NCBI GenBank assembly: GCA_964291405.2
Contig: OZ219926.1
Span: 2,144,001-2,208,000 of the forward strand
Direction: 5' to 3'
Source: Thermodesulfobacteriota bacterium
Lineage (GTDB): Bacteria > Desulfobacterota > Binatia > Bin18
DNA: 64,000 nt
Shown here: piece by piece, positions 55,701 through 63,890 of the stretch
Numbering within the stretch: position 1 is the first letter of the stretch
Layout: every line of letters begins with the position of its first letter
Translations under genes and position numbers: made by a program
The notes under the pieces: generated by a model
Database searches by the model: none
What the model saw: only the letters and a program-made list of their open reading frames with translations
Told to the model about the DNA's origin: nothing

Positions 55701-58700
55701 CCTCCGCTGCGTCGTTCGCGCCTGCAGATGTGGCTAACAATTCTTCCAGGAAGGGTGAAGACTCATCGTCATTCTCGGCGAATGTCGGCCAGTCCACTGC
55801 GGCGACCATGCCGACAGGCACATCCTGCCGCACCAGCGTCTCGAGCGCTCTCAATCCCTGCTGCGGCGTTATCCAGCCCGTCCCCGCTGCCTCCAGTTGC
55901 CTTTCGATGCGCTCGCGCTGTTCCTCCGCTTCGCCAAGTTCCGACCACGCGCCCCACGCTACCGACTGACCGGGGAGACCCAGCGCGCGGCGGTGCCCGG
56001 CAAGCTGGTCGAGGAATGCGTTAGCCGCCGCGTGGTTCGCCTGGCCTGCGTTGCCCATAACGCCCGCCACGCTGGAGAACAGGACGAACATGTCCAAATC
56101 CCTGTGCGTGGTCGCGCGGTGCAGATGCCATGCACCAAGCATCTTCGGCCAAAGGACCTGCTGGAAACTGTCCCAACTCTGGTTTGTCAGGACGGCATCC
56201 GACAGCACGCCCACGCTGTGTATAATGCCAGCGAGAGGCGGTAGAGTCGCATCGATACGCTCCAGCATCGCGTCTACCGCCGCCGTGTCCGTCACATCTG
56301 CAATCTCAATCTGCACCGTCACGCCACGTTCGCGTAACGCACCGATAGCTTCTACGGCCTCGGGGTCGGGGTCGCGTCGGCCGTTCAGTACGATTGCTCC
56401 TGCGCCCCGTTCTGCCAGCCAGCCAGCCAGAGCGCAGCCGATACCGCCAAGCCCGCCCGTTACGAGGTAGGTCCTGTCCCCTCGCAGCTGTCCCGTCTCC
56501 AGCGCCGAGTTCGTCAGCACGATCTTGCCGATGTGCCGCGCCGCACGCATAAATTTCATCGCCGGTCCTGCTTCGCCCATCGGCCACCTGGTGTGGATAA
56601 TCGGCGCCAGTTCTCCAGCCGCCACTCGTTTCATTACGGTCTTCAGGGCTGCTCCCGGCCGTTCCGGATCGTGCTCTTTCAGAGTATCCAACTCCAGGAT
56701 GTGGTAATCCACATCCGGGCGCGCGGCGGTCATTTCTTCCTCGCTGTAGATGTTCACTCTGGCCAACTCGATGAACCGGCCGCCATGCGCGAGGCAGGAC
56801 AGACTCGCCTCGATAAAGCCCTCTCCAGTCAGGCTGTTCAACACCACATGAACGCCTTCACCACCAGTGGCTTCGAGGATTTCCTGGCCAAACTTCGTCT
56901 GCCTACTGTCGAAGACATGCTTCACACCCAGCGAGTGCAGATACGCCTGTTTCGGCGCGCTTGCCGTGGCGAACACTTCCGCGCCCGCGGCGTGCGCAAG
57001 CTGGATAGCTGCCAGTCCTACACCGCCCGCGCCCGCGTGAATAAGCACTCGCTCGCCCGCCTTCAGCTTTGCCAGATCGTATGACAACGCGGCAGAAACG
57101 AACACGGTCGGCATAGTGGCAAGCTGTGGAGTCGGGACATCCGGCGGCGCGAGCGCAACCATCTCCTCCCGCATGACCGCCTCTGAACCGAAAGCGCCGA
57201 ATGCCAGCGCAACTACGCGATCACCCACGGACACACTCGTGACATCGGAACCGACTTCAAGGACATGTCCGCACATCTCGCCGCCCAGGATACCCTCATC
57301 GATAAGACCGAGAGAACGGAACACATCCCAGAAGTTCAATCCGGAAGCCCCCACAGCCACACGCACTTCTCTCGGTTCGAGGGAACGCTCCGGTGAGTCC
57401 AGCACGTGCAGTCCTTCGAGCGTGCCGCCCGCGTCCGGCTCCAGGAACCAGCGCGACTCTTCCGGCAGGGTCAGCCGCTCCGTATCAGCGCCGGTACGAA
57501 CGAGACGTGCCGCCTGACGGAGTCCCAAGCGGTAGGCGATGTGAGTCTCGGAGTCAGGGTACATCAGCTCATTGACGAGGTCGGACAGCGGCACGGCATT
57601 CGCGGGGTCAAGGTCGATCATCCGCGGTTGCAGATGGGGCGCTTCCCGTGCCACTACCTTACCGAAGCCCCATAGCATCGCCCCGATCAGTTGACCGAGA
57701 TGCTCCCGCTCCAGCACCTGACCGCCGCGCGTGATGAACCACACGCCCTTCGCAGGTGTCGCATCCGCGTCCATAACGCCCTGCACGAGCGCCAATGCGC
57801 TCCCGCCCGCTTGCCTCGCGTCCTCGCCCAACTCTTCGGTGGTAGCATCCTCGCCGTGCCCGTCCAGCGCCGCAAAATGCACAACACCGCTGAGGGGCAC
57901 CTCCGCGGGCAGACCTTCGAGTAATGAGCGCCACGATTCGCGGCTCTGCATCTCCACGGCCGCCTTAATCACTGCGCGATCCTTTTCCGATGATTCCCCG
58001 TCTGATTGCGCGTGGTCGCCCACCAGCACGACGGTCTGGTTGTGCGCCGCCAGTTCCGCTGCCAGCTCATCTGCCACGCCGTATTGATCACCTGCGAGAA
58101 CCCATACTCCTGTCGCCTCCTTCACCTCCGCAGGTCCCTGCGCCAGTATCACACCTCTGTCCGGTGTGCTGGTCGCGTCAGACTCCCCCCCTCCCAATAT
58201 CTCCACTTCACCGAAACCCGCATCGCCGAGCGCCTGTCGCCAGATTGCGGGGCTGGCCAGTGCATGGTGCGGACGGTAGTCGTCAGCAAAGCGCCACCAG
58301 CCGTCCAACTGCCCGAAAGTCAAATCCTGCCAGCCCTGACCGCGAAGGTTCTCAAGCGCCACCAACTGGCCCGATGGCGCGAGTAGCGCGCGACAGTGGG
58401 CCAGCGTCTCATTCAGGTAGCGTGTGGCGTGCAGCACATTGGAGGCAATGACCAAGTCATAGCCATGAAGATCAAAGCCTTGCTCGATAGGTGCCTTCTC
58501 GATATCCAGCACTCGGTATTCGATTGACCCGTCGCTCCCTCCGAAACGCGCCTCAGCTTCCGCGAAGAAGCCGGCCGATATATCAGTATATGTGTAATCA
58601 AAGCGACCGACCGGCAGCTCGGGCAGCACCGCCGCCGTCGCCGCTCCCGTACCGGCACCGACCTCCAACACGCGCAGCCTTCGGCCTTCCGGCAAGTCGT

Positions 58701-61700
58701 CCAGGAGCGCCGCAATCGTGTTCCCCAGCATGCGGTTCGCCGCACGCGCAACCGGCGATTTTAAGTACAGGTCGCCGGCGGTCGGCTCTCCACTACTGAA
58801 CAGGAGCGTCAACGGGTCCGCTTGCCCGATGAGGACATCAGCAAGAGCGGCACCGCACCGCCTGAATAGTCCGACTTCGGTCGCACCATGCCAGTATCGC
58901 GCATTCATTTCGTCTGCAAACGCATCGGGATTGTGCGGCATATCATCCGGCAGCGGGTCGTCTTGCCCAACCTTCACGACAAACCCATCGCCCGCTTCCT
59001 CCATCACCCTCGCTCTGACGAGCAGCTCGAACATACGGCGAAACACACGCTGGTGTTCCGGCAGGACATTCAGCCCGTGCTGCACGGCTTCCGGCTCAAC
59101 GAATTCGCCGACCTTGCGTGCCCACCCCAGTTGCTCCAGCGCCGCGAGCGCATAGAACCACGACAGTCGCTCAAGATCATTCAGCAGGTCGACGCGCTCA
59201 TCGGCTTCTACGCCTTCATCTGCCAGATACTCGGTGAACGGCATCGAGCGGGCGGCAATGCTTGTCGGACTCGTAAGGAAGTCGGCTGAGGGCATTCCGT
59301 CTGCAAGGGCGCGGTCGCGCCAGACAATTTCGTATAAGAGGTCTTGCAGCCCTTCCGCCGCCGAGAGCAACGCCGCGCGAGTAGCGCGCTTCACGATGTA
59401 TCCGCTCAATCCGCCAAGCTCGACACCGTCCGACGTGTAGAACAGGAGGTCGCCGCTCAGCACCTCCGGCGTCTCGTTCCGTCCATCGTCCTCAGACGTG
59501 TCGCGGGCGCTCTCCCGCAAGCGGGCGTGACAGATGAGACGTTCCGGCAGCTGCTGCCTCAGCCACAGGTGTTCCCATCCGAAAGGCAGGTAGGTTATCT
59601 CGTCCTCGCCTCTGGCGGAATGGCGTGCCGCCGACAGCACCTGGAAGCACCCATCGAGCAGAACCGGATGCAGGTGGAGACCGCTGCTGTCAACGGCTGC
59701 CGGCAGGGCTACCTCGCCAATCGCCTCACCATTGGCTGCCCACAGGCCCTGAAGCGTGCGGAACGTTGGTCCGAGGTGGATGTTGGATTCCGCCCGCGCG
59801 CGATAGAACGCCGCCACATCCTGCGGCTCCATACCCGACTTCAAGCCGTCCACGTCGATGCGATTGACAGTCCCGCGCGTCCTGCCTCCAAGCGAAACCT
59901 TGCCCTCGGCGTGAAGCGACCAGCCCTCTTCGGATTCGCCCTTGCTGAATATCTCGATATGCCGTGTATTCCCGTTCTCGGACGTACTCAGTACGGCCTG
60001 AATTTTTCGCCCAGCTTGCTCGGTGTCGTCCGCACCGTCCTCCTCGGCAAAGACCAGCGCGCTGTGCAGTTGCAAATCCTCCACATCCACCGATTGTGCG
60101 CCTTCGGACAGCGACGCTGCTGCTGCCATAACGCCATACAACGCACCCGGCATTATCACCCGCCCGAAGACGCGATGGTCGTTCAGCCAAGACGGGTCGG
60201 AAGGGAACATTTCCGTCTCGAACATCACCTCGCCGTGTGGCGACTCGTGCCTTATACCCAGCAGAGGATGCCCGGCGGCCGCGCGTCTGCGCCTTGGCGC
60301 ATCAATCCAGTGCCGTGCACGCTGGAAGGGATAACCCGGCAGCTCAACCCGGCGTCGCTCCTCTCCCGCGAACAGCCCATCGAATGCAAGCGTCAGCCCC
60401 GCTTCGTATGCTCCCGCAACGGCGTCCATGAAGCCATCGTCATGGTCTGACGGAAGGACATCCGTCGATGGGCGCAGCATACTCTCAAGGACGGTGGGGT
60501 CTTTCGCGTCATCCGTCACGCCAGACCAGACAAGAGAAACCAGTGGACCGAGCACGGCGTGGGGACCCACTTCTATAACCAGATCGACGCCCAGTTCCGC
60601 CAGAGTTCCGACGCCTTTGCGAAACTGCACAGCCTCTCGCGCATGACGACGCCAGTATTTGCCATCGAGGATTTCATCCGGCGCAACAACACTACCCGTT
60701 ACATTGCTCACCAGAGCCACGGACGGCGGCGAGACCGTAACATCCTGATACGCCTCTTCCAATGCATCCAGCGCGGGCTCCACCAAAGCACTGTGGAAGG
60801 CCTGATTTCTGGTCAACGGCCTGACGGTAATCTCTTCGGCCTCGAAACGCTCCGATACCGTCTGAACTGCCGCGCTGGGACCGCTAATGACCTGATGAAT
60901 ACCGTTGTCAACCGCGATACTCAGGTCCATGCCGTCGGATGACGCATTGTACTCATCAACCGCCGCCGCCACTTGATCCTCTGAAGCGAACACCGCCGCC
61001 ATTGTGCCGAACTCAGGAACTGACGAAAGCAGGACACCGCGTTTTGCAACAAACCTCAGACCTTCTTCCAACTCGAACACACTGGCAGCCTGCGCCGCTG
61101 CAAACTCGCCGAGGCTGTGCCCGATGACCACGCCCGGTTCAACTCCGATGCTACGCCATAGTGCGGTCAGCGCGCACTCCAAGGCATAGACGGCGGGCTG
61201 TGCCCAAGCGGTATCGTTCAGGTCGCCTTCGCTGCCGAACATCACATCTAGCAGCGAAGTGCCTCGCTCCTCCAATATGACCTGCTCGCACCGGTCGAGA
61301 ACGGCGCGCACCACCGGCTCGCACTCGTACAGAGTCTTGCCCATGCCCATCCACTGGCTACCCTGCCCCGTGTACACGAAAGCCACTTTCGTCGCCGCTG
61401 CCGCCTCCGCACCACCGTCACCATCCGCAACCGCCTTCAGCCCGGCGCGCAGCGACTCGGCGTCCCTGAAAGCAACACCCGCACGGTGAGCGAATTGGCT
61501 GCGCCCAACGCCCGCCATCCACGCCAGGTCCGAGAGGAAGGGAGAAGCTGCCAGGTCTGTGGGTTCCAAGTCTGTGGCGCGCTCGTCAAGCCATGCAAGG
61601 TAGCGTTCCGCCAGCTCTCGCAGGGCATTGTCCGTCTTGCCTGACAGAGGAAGTAGACGTGTGGCACGCACAGCGGGTGCTTCCGCCGCCGAGTCTGAGG

Positions 61701-63165
61701 CCGCCTTTGGCACAGAGACGGCGACATGCCTTGGAGAACCCGTAGGCCACTTCCCATCACACAATCCGTTAGAGGCGCGTGCTGGCGTACCATAGCCCTC
61801 CACCACAATATGCGCGTTTGTACCGGACCAGCCGAAACCGCTTACGCCGGCCAACGGCGCTCGGTCGGATACGAGAGGCCACTCCGTTGCTGTCGAAGTA
61901 ACACGTAAAGGAAGCTGCCGCCAATCGACCGCTGGTGTCGGATTGTGAAAATTCAGGTGCTTCGGGATGATGCCCCGATTCATCGCCAGCAATACCTTCA
62001 TCACCCCGGCAACGCCCGCCGCAGATTCCAGATGTCCGAAGTTCGTCTTCACGGAACCTATGAGCAGCGGTCGCTCAGCCGGACGGCCTTTGCCGTATGC
62101 GGCCGCCACTGCCCGCAGCTCGATGGGGTCGCCCACCGGCGTTCCCGTGCCATGCGCTTCCACATAGTCCACCTGTGATGACAATACGCCTGCCCTGAGC
62201 AATGCCGCCTTGATGACCTGTTCCTGGGCCTCCCCATTCGGCACTGTCAGCCCCGTACTCGCACCGTCCTGGTTCAGTGCAGAGCCGCGAATGACGCCCC
62301 AGATTCGGTCGCCGTCCGCTTCCGCCTCGCTCAGCCGCTTGAGAACCAGGATCCCGCAGCCTTCGCCGCGCACATACCCATTGGCGGCAGCATCGAAAGT
62401 CTTACAGCGTCCGTCCGGCGCCAGCATTCCGGCATTCGCCCGCAGTTCCAGGAGCCGTCCCGACAGGATGGTGTGGACCCCGCCCGCCAGCGCAAGGTCG
62501 GCCTCGCCATACTGCAAGCCGGTCACCGCCTGATGGATTGCTACGAGCGATGAAGAGCAGGCCGTGTCCACGGCAATTGCCGGCCCCTGCAAGCCAAGCG
62601 CGAAGGAGACTCGTCCGATGGCCGTGTTGTAGGAAGTACCGCTGACCGTGTAGAGGCTGGAGGCCGGCTCGGCTGTGTCACTGGCTTCCAGTATGACTCC
62701 CCGGTATTCGTTATTGCTGATACCCGCATACACTCCGGTTCGGCTGCCCTTCAGTCCGTCAGGGTCTATTCCCGCGTCTTCGAGCGCCTGCCAGCTCGTT
62801 TCCAGCATCAGTCGCTGCTGCGGGTCAAGGTACTGCGCCTCAACCGGCGAAATACGGAAGAAGGAGGCGTCGAACTGGTCAACCCCATCAATGAAAGCAG
62901 CAAAGCGACAAGCCTCGCTCTGAACTGATGCATCCTGGAAAAGCTTGCCGGCACGTCCGACACCGGAACCCGGAACGCCCTCGCTGACCGCATTCTCGCC
63001 CGCTTCCAGCATACGCCAGAATGCCGAAATATCATTCGCGCCGGGGAATCGACATGCCATGCCTACGACTGCGATCGGCTCTCCGAATTGTGAACCCGAG
63101 CGATTCCGAACATCTGGCTCAGCTACCGTCGCGTGTGAAGAATCAGCAGACCGCCCTGTACTCAT
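52780..63165 (-). CDS. supA: SupA-type type I PKS, KS-AT-DH-cMT-ER-KR-ACP-KS-AT(degenerate)
   Basis: KS1 DTACSSSL/HGTGT; AT GHSLG/QAFHS; DH HRVFGRVIMP; MT LEVGAGTG; ER HAGAGGVG; KR TGGLGGIG; ACP DLGMDSL; KS2 DMACASSL; AT2 GSGTG. Domain order and ACP/PPTase/hydrolase/permease neighbours match sponge-symbiont sup clusters. Confidence 0.92.
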   Translation of the reverse strand: MSTGRSADSSHATVAEPDVRNRSGSQFGEPIAVVGMACRFPGANDISAFWRMLEAGENAVSEGVPGSGVGRAGKLFQDASVQSEACRFAAFIDGVDQFDASFFRISPVEAQYLDPQQRLMLETSWQALEDAGIDPDGLKGSRTGVYAGISNNEYRGVILEASDTAEPASSLYTVSGTSYNTAIGRVSFALGLQGPAIAVDTACSSSLVAIHQAVTGLQYGEADLALAGGVHTILSGRLLELRANAGMLAPDGRCKTFDAAANGYVRGEGCGILVLKRLSEAEADGDRIWGVIRGSALNQDGASTGLTVPNGEAQEQVIKAALLRAGVLSSQVDYVEAHGTGTPVGDPIELRAVAAAYGKGRPAERPLLIGSVKTNFGHLESAAGVAGVMKVLLAMNRGIIPKHLNFHNPTPAVDWRQLPLRVTSTATEWPLVSDRAPLAGVSGFGWSGTNAHIVVEGYGTPARASNGLCDGKWPTGSPRHVAVSVPKAASDSAAEAPAVRATRLLPLSGKTDNALRELAERYLAWLDERATDLEPTDLAASPFLSDLAWMAGVGRSQFAHRAGVAFRDAESLRAGLKAVADGDGGAEAAAATKVAFVYTGQGSQWMGMGKTLYECEPVVRAVLDRCEQVILEERGTSLLDVMFGSEGDLNDTAWAQPAVYALECALTALWRSIGVEPGVVIGHSLGEFAAAQAASVFELEEGLRFVAKRGVLLSSVPEFGTMAAVFASEDQVAAAVDEYNASSDGMDLSIAVDNGIHQVISGPSAAVQTVSERFEAEEITVRPLTRNQAFHSALVEPALDALEEAYQDVTVSPPSVALVSNVTGSVVAPDEILDGKYWRRHAREAVQFRKGVGTLAELGVDLVIEVGPHAVLGPLVSLVWSGVTDDAKDPTVLESMLRPSTDVLPSDHDDGFMDAVAGAYEAGLTLAFDGLFAGEERRRVELPGYPFQRARHWIDAPRRRRAAAGHPLLGIRHESPHGEVMFETEMFPSDPSWLNDHRVFGRVIMPGALYGVMAAAASLSEGAQSVDVEDLQLHSALVFAEEDGADDTEQAGRKIQAVLSTSENGNTRHIEIFSKGESEEGWSLHAEGKVSLGGRTRGTVNRIDVDGLKSGMEPQDVAAFYRARAESNIHLGPTFRTLQGLWAANGEAIGEVALPAAVDSSGLHLHPVLLDGCFQVLSAARHSARGEDEITYLPFGWEHLWLRQQLPERLICHARLRESARDTSEDDGRNETPEVLSGDLLFYTSDGVELGGLSGYIVKRATRAALLSAAEGLQDLLYEIVWRDRALADGMPSADFLTSPTSIAARSMPFTEYLADEGVEADERVDLLNDLERLSWFYALAALEQLGWARKVGEFVEPEAVQHGLNVLPEHQRVFRRMFELLVRARVMEEAGDGFVVKVGQDDPLPDDMPHNPDAFADEMNARYWHGATEVGLFRRCGAALADVLIGQADPLTLLFSSGEPTAGDLYLKSPVARAANRMLGNTIAALLDDLPEGRRLRVLEVGAGTGAATAAVLPELPVGRFDYTYTDISAGFFAEAEARFGGSDGSIEYRVLDIEKAPIEQGFDLHGYDLVIASNVLHATRYLNETLAHCRALLAPSGQLVALENLRGQGWQDLTFGQLDGWWRFADDYRPHHALASPAIWRQALGDAGFGEVEILGGGESDATSTPDRGVILAQGPAEVKEATGVWVLAGDQYGVADELAAELAAHNQTVVLVGDHAQSDGESSEKDRAVIKAAVEMQSRESWRSLLEGLPAEVPLSGVVHFAALDGHGEDATTEELGEDARQAGGSALALVQGVMDADATPAKGVWFITRGGQVLEREHLGQLIGAMLWGFGKVVAREAPHLQPRMIDLDPANAVPLSDLVNELMYPDSETHIAYRLGLRQAARLVRTGADTERLTLPEESRWFLEPDAGGTLEGLHVLDSPERSLEPREVRVAVGASGLNFWDVFRSLGLIDEGILGGEMCGHVLEVGSDVTSVSVGDRVVALAFGAFGSEAVMREEMVALAPPDVPTPQLATMPTVFVSAALSYDLAKLKAGERVLIHAGAGGVGLAAIQLAHAAGAEVFATASAPKQAYLHSLGVKHVFDSRQTKFGQEILEATGGEGVHVVLNSLTGEGFIEASLSCLAHGGRFIELARVNIYSEEEMTAARPDVDYHILELDTLKEHDPERPGAALKTVMKRVAAGELAPIIHTRWPMGEAGPAMKFMRAARHIGKIVLTNSALETGQLRGDRTYLVTGGLGGIGCALAGWLAERGAGAIVLNGRRDPDPEAVEAIGALRERGVTVQIEIADVTDTAAVDAMLERIDATLPPLAGIIHSVGVLSDAVLTNQSWDSFQQVLWPKMLGAWHLHRATTHRDLDMFVLFSSVAGVMGNAGQANHAAANAFLDQLAGHRRALGLPGQSVAWGAWSELGEAEEQRERIERQLEAAGTGWITPQQGLRALETLVRQDVPVGMVAAVDWPTFAENDDESSPFLEELLATSAGANDAAEDPSEDLLSQLRVSQRTDSEDILVSFLQKELQAVMRLPSTPLPSPSVGFFDLGMDSLMAVELRNRLNRAFAGEYVVSNTAIFDYPDITALARHLADELDQLGASGGATSAPEITVPEPRAPVATEDDDIAIVGMSCRFPQAKDLSEYWHLLESGTAAITNGRPDGGSWSSAAGDPDGEDAAHLHGAFVEGIEWFDSRFFRIAPIEARLMDPRQRMMLETSWQALEDAGIDPEGLRGSRTGVYAGVGGSEYRDLIEGSGKADSYLGTTASVTAGRVAFALGLEGPAMAIDMACASSLAAVHQAVAGLQRDEVDLALAGGVQAVLSPAVSRFMMEVGMLSPRGQCSPFDASADGYVRGEGCGIVVLKRLSEAEADGDRIWGIIKGSAVNQNGASAGLIIPNGPAKERVMEAALARTGFTGADVDYLEAHATGSQLGDAIEVYAVGSVYGRGREADRPLLMGTVKSHIGHLEAAAGVAGLIKTVLAMKQGVIPEHLHFENPNPQIEWDRLPVRVTSEKTDWPFYPDRPPRAAVSAFGISGTNAHIVMEGYRGAADDYGTSVGIQSFASVPRQVPASLPEPVAHLPMAMDGLTERAVRFLPLSGKTDGALRDLAKQYLSWLDERVAESSPEAPALADMAWTAGVGRSHFDHRAAVVFRDVQSLRKGLTKLTEADGAADKPEPRSATRVAFVYTDDGSQWVGMGEALYDREPVVRSVLDRCDAVVCAERGESLLDVMFGRTEATGDLHAAAWTQPALYALECALTALWASVGLRPDIALGSGTGEIAAARAAGVFTLEDGLRFTLTRGTLMAALPGVDPNQSLNGLEAAFTDVTLSPPSLTLVSGITGRVVDADSPLDGAYWRAQARETEAFSACVRTLAELGVDTVVEIGPNAVLGPRVSLEWPDSADGEEAARVPLVLTSLMQPSDADSEGGTGFVEAVAGAYEAGLTPAFDGMFAGESRRRISLPSYPFQRRRHWV

Positions 63166-63208
63166 AGATTTCTTCTCCTGTCGTAGCCTGTCGCCGAAGG
63201 GTGTATAG

Positions 63209-63257
63209 TTTTCAAGATTTGTATAAAGACTGGCTTTCGGTATAACAATCCTGAAAA
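63209..63257. promoter_or_regulatory. Imperfect inverted repeat in divergent supA/STAS promoter region
   Basis: TTTTCAAGATTTGTATA-N15-TATAACAATCCTGAAAA, 14/17 complementary, within an AT-rich spacer. Confidence 0.6.
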
Positions 63258-63297
63258 GATGATTTCATAACCCAACCTTGAAGGGAAGGAAATTCTT

Positions 63298-63678
63298 ATG
63301 GGGGAAGGAATAGACGTTCAATGGGAACGGAAAAACGGGGTTTTGTTTGCCACGCTCGTCGGCCGTGTTGACGGCGGCAATGCTGAGGAATTTCAGCGGC
63401 TCTTGGAGTCTGGCATTGAGCCGGGCGACCAGTCCTTGATCTTGGACTTTGAGCACCTGTCCTTCATCAGTAGCGCGGGTCTGCGGGTCAGTCTGATTAT
63501 GGCTAGGGCATTCAACGAGCCAGGGAAGCAGTTTGGCATTTGTACGCTCTCTGGCCCTGTTCTTGAGGTTATCACGATCAGCGGCTTTGATAAGATGATT
63601 GCCGTGTATGAATCACGGGTCGCCGCGCTCGGCGCACTCACAGGGGAGTCCAGCAGTGACGGTGATGATCAAGGATGA
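63298..63678 (+). CDS. STAS-domain anti-sigma-factor antagonist (RsbV/SpoIIAA-like)
   Basis: LVGRVDG, LILDFEHLSFISSAGLRV (phospho-Ser motif) and VLEVITISGF. Confidence 0.92.
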   Translation: MGEGIDVQWERKNGVLFATLVGRVDGGNAEEFQRLLESGIEPGDQSLILDFEHLSFISSAGLRVSLIMARAFNEPGKQFGICTLSGPVLEVITISGFDKMIAVYESRVAALGALTGESSSDGDDQG

Positions 63679-63680
63679 GC

Positions 63681-63766
63681 AAGGATAAGGATCAGCCGGC
63701 AGGTACGGAACCTGGGGATGGCGAGGGGTGTCAGCCGCAAGGTCCAGCTTCTGTCGTTCCTGTGGA
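63681..63766 (-). pseudogene. Fragment of DUF1329-like gene 5' region (repeat copy 2)
   Basis: Translates PQERQKLDLAADTPRHPQVPYLPADPYP versus PQERQQLDLAVDTPRHPQVPYLPAEPYP in 47419-48762. Confidence 0.85.
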
Positions 63767-63767
63767 A

Positions 63768-63857
63768 GTCGCCCATCCTTGGCGTGAAGATGTCGCCCTG
63801 GCCGTCGCCCAGTATCTGGAGACAAATCTGAGCGGTTGGCAAAGCCCGTCTCTGTAG
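63768..63857 (+). pseudogene. Amidase 3'-end fragment (repeat copy 2)
   Basis: VAHPWREDVALAVAQYLETNLSGWQSPSL* is near-identical to the C-terminus of the amidase at 46012-47385. Confidence 0.88.
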
Positions 63858-63890
63858 CAATGGGTTTGACTTTGAGGCCGACGGAGAGCC

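Noticed and set aside
53300-62900. Internal sequence similarity within supA as a mobile repeat
   Set aside because: Explained by paralogous KS1/KS2 and AT1/AT2 domains
52826-63208. Numerous plus-strand ORFs (up to 368 aa) within supA
   Set aside because: All antisense to a motif-complete PKS; no independent evidence of coding
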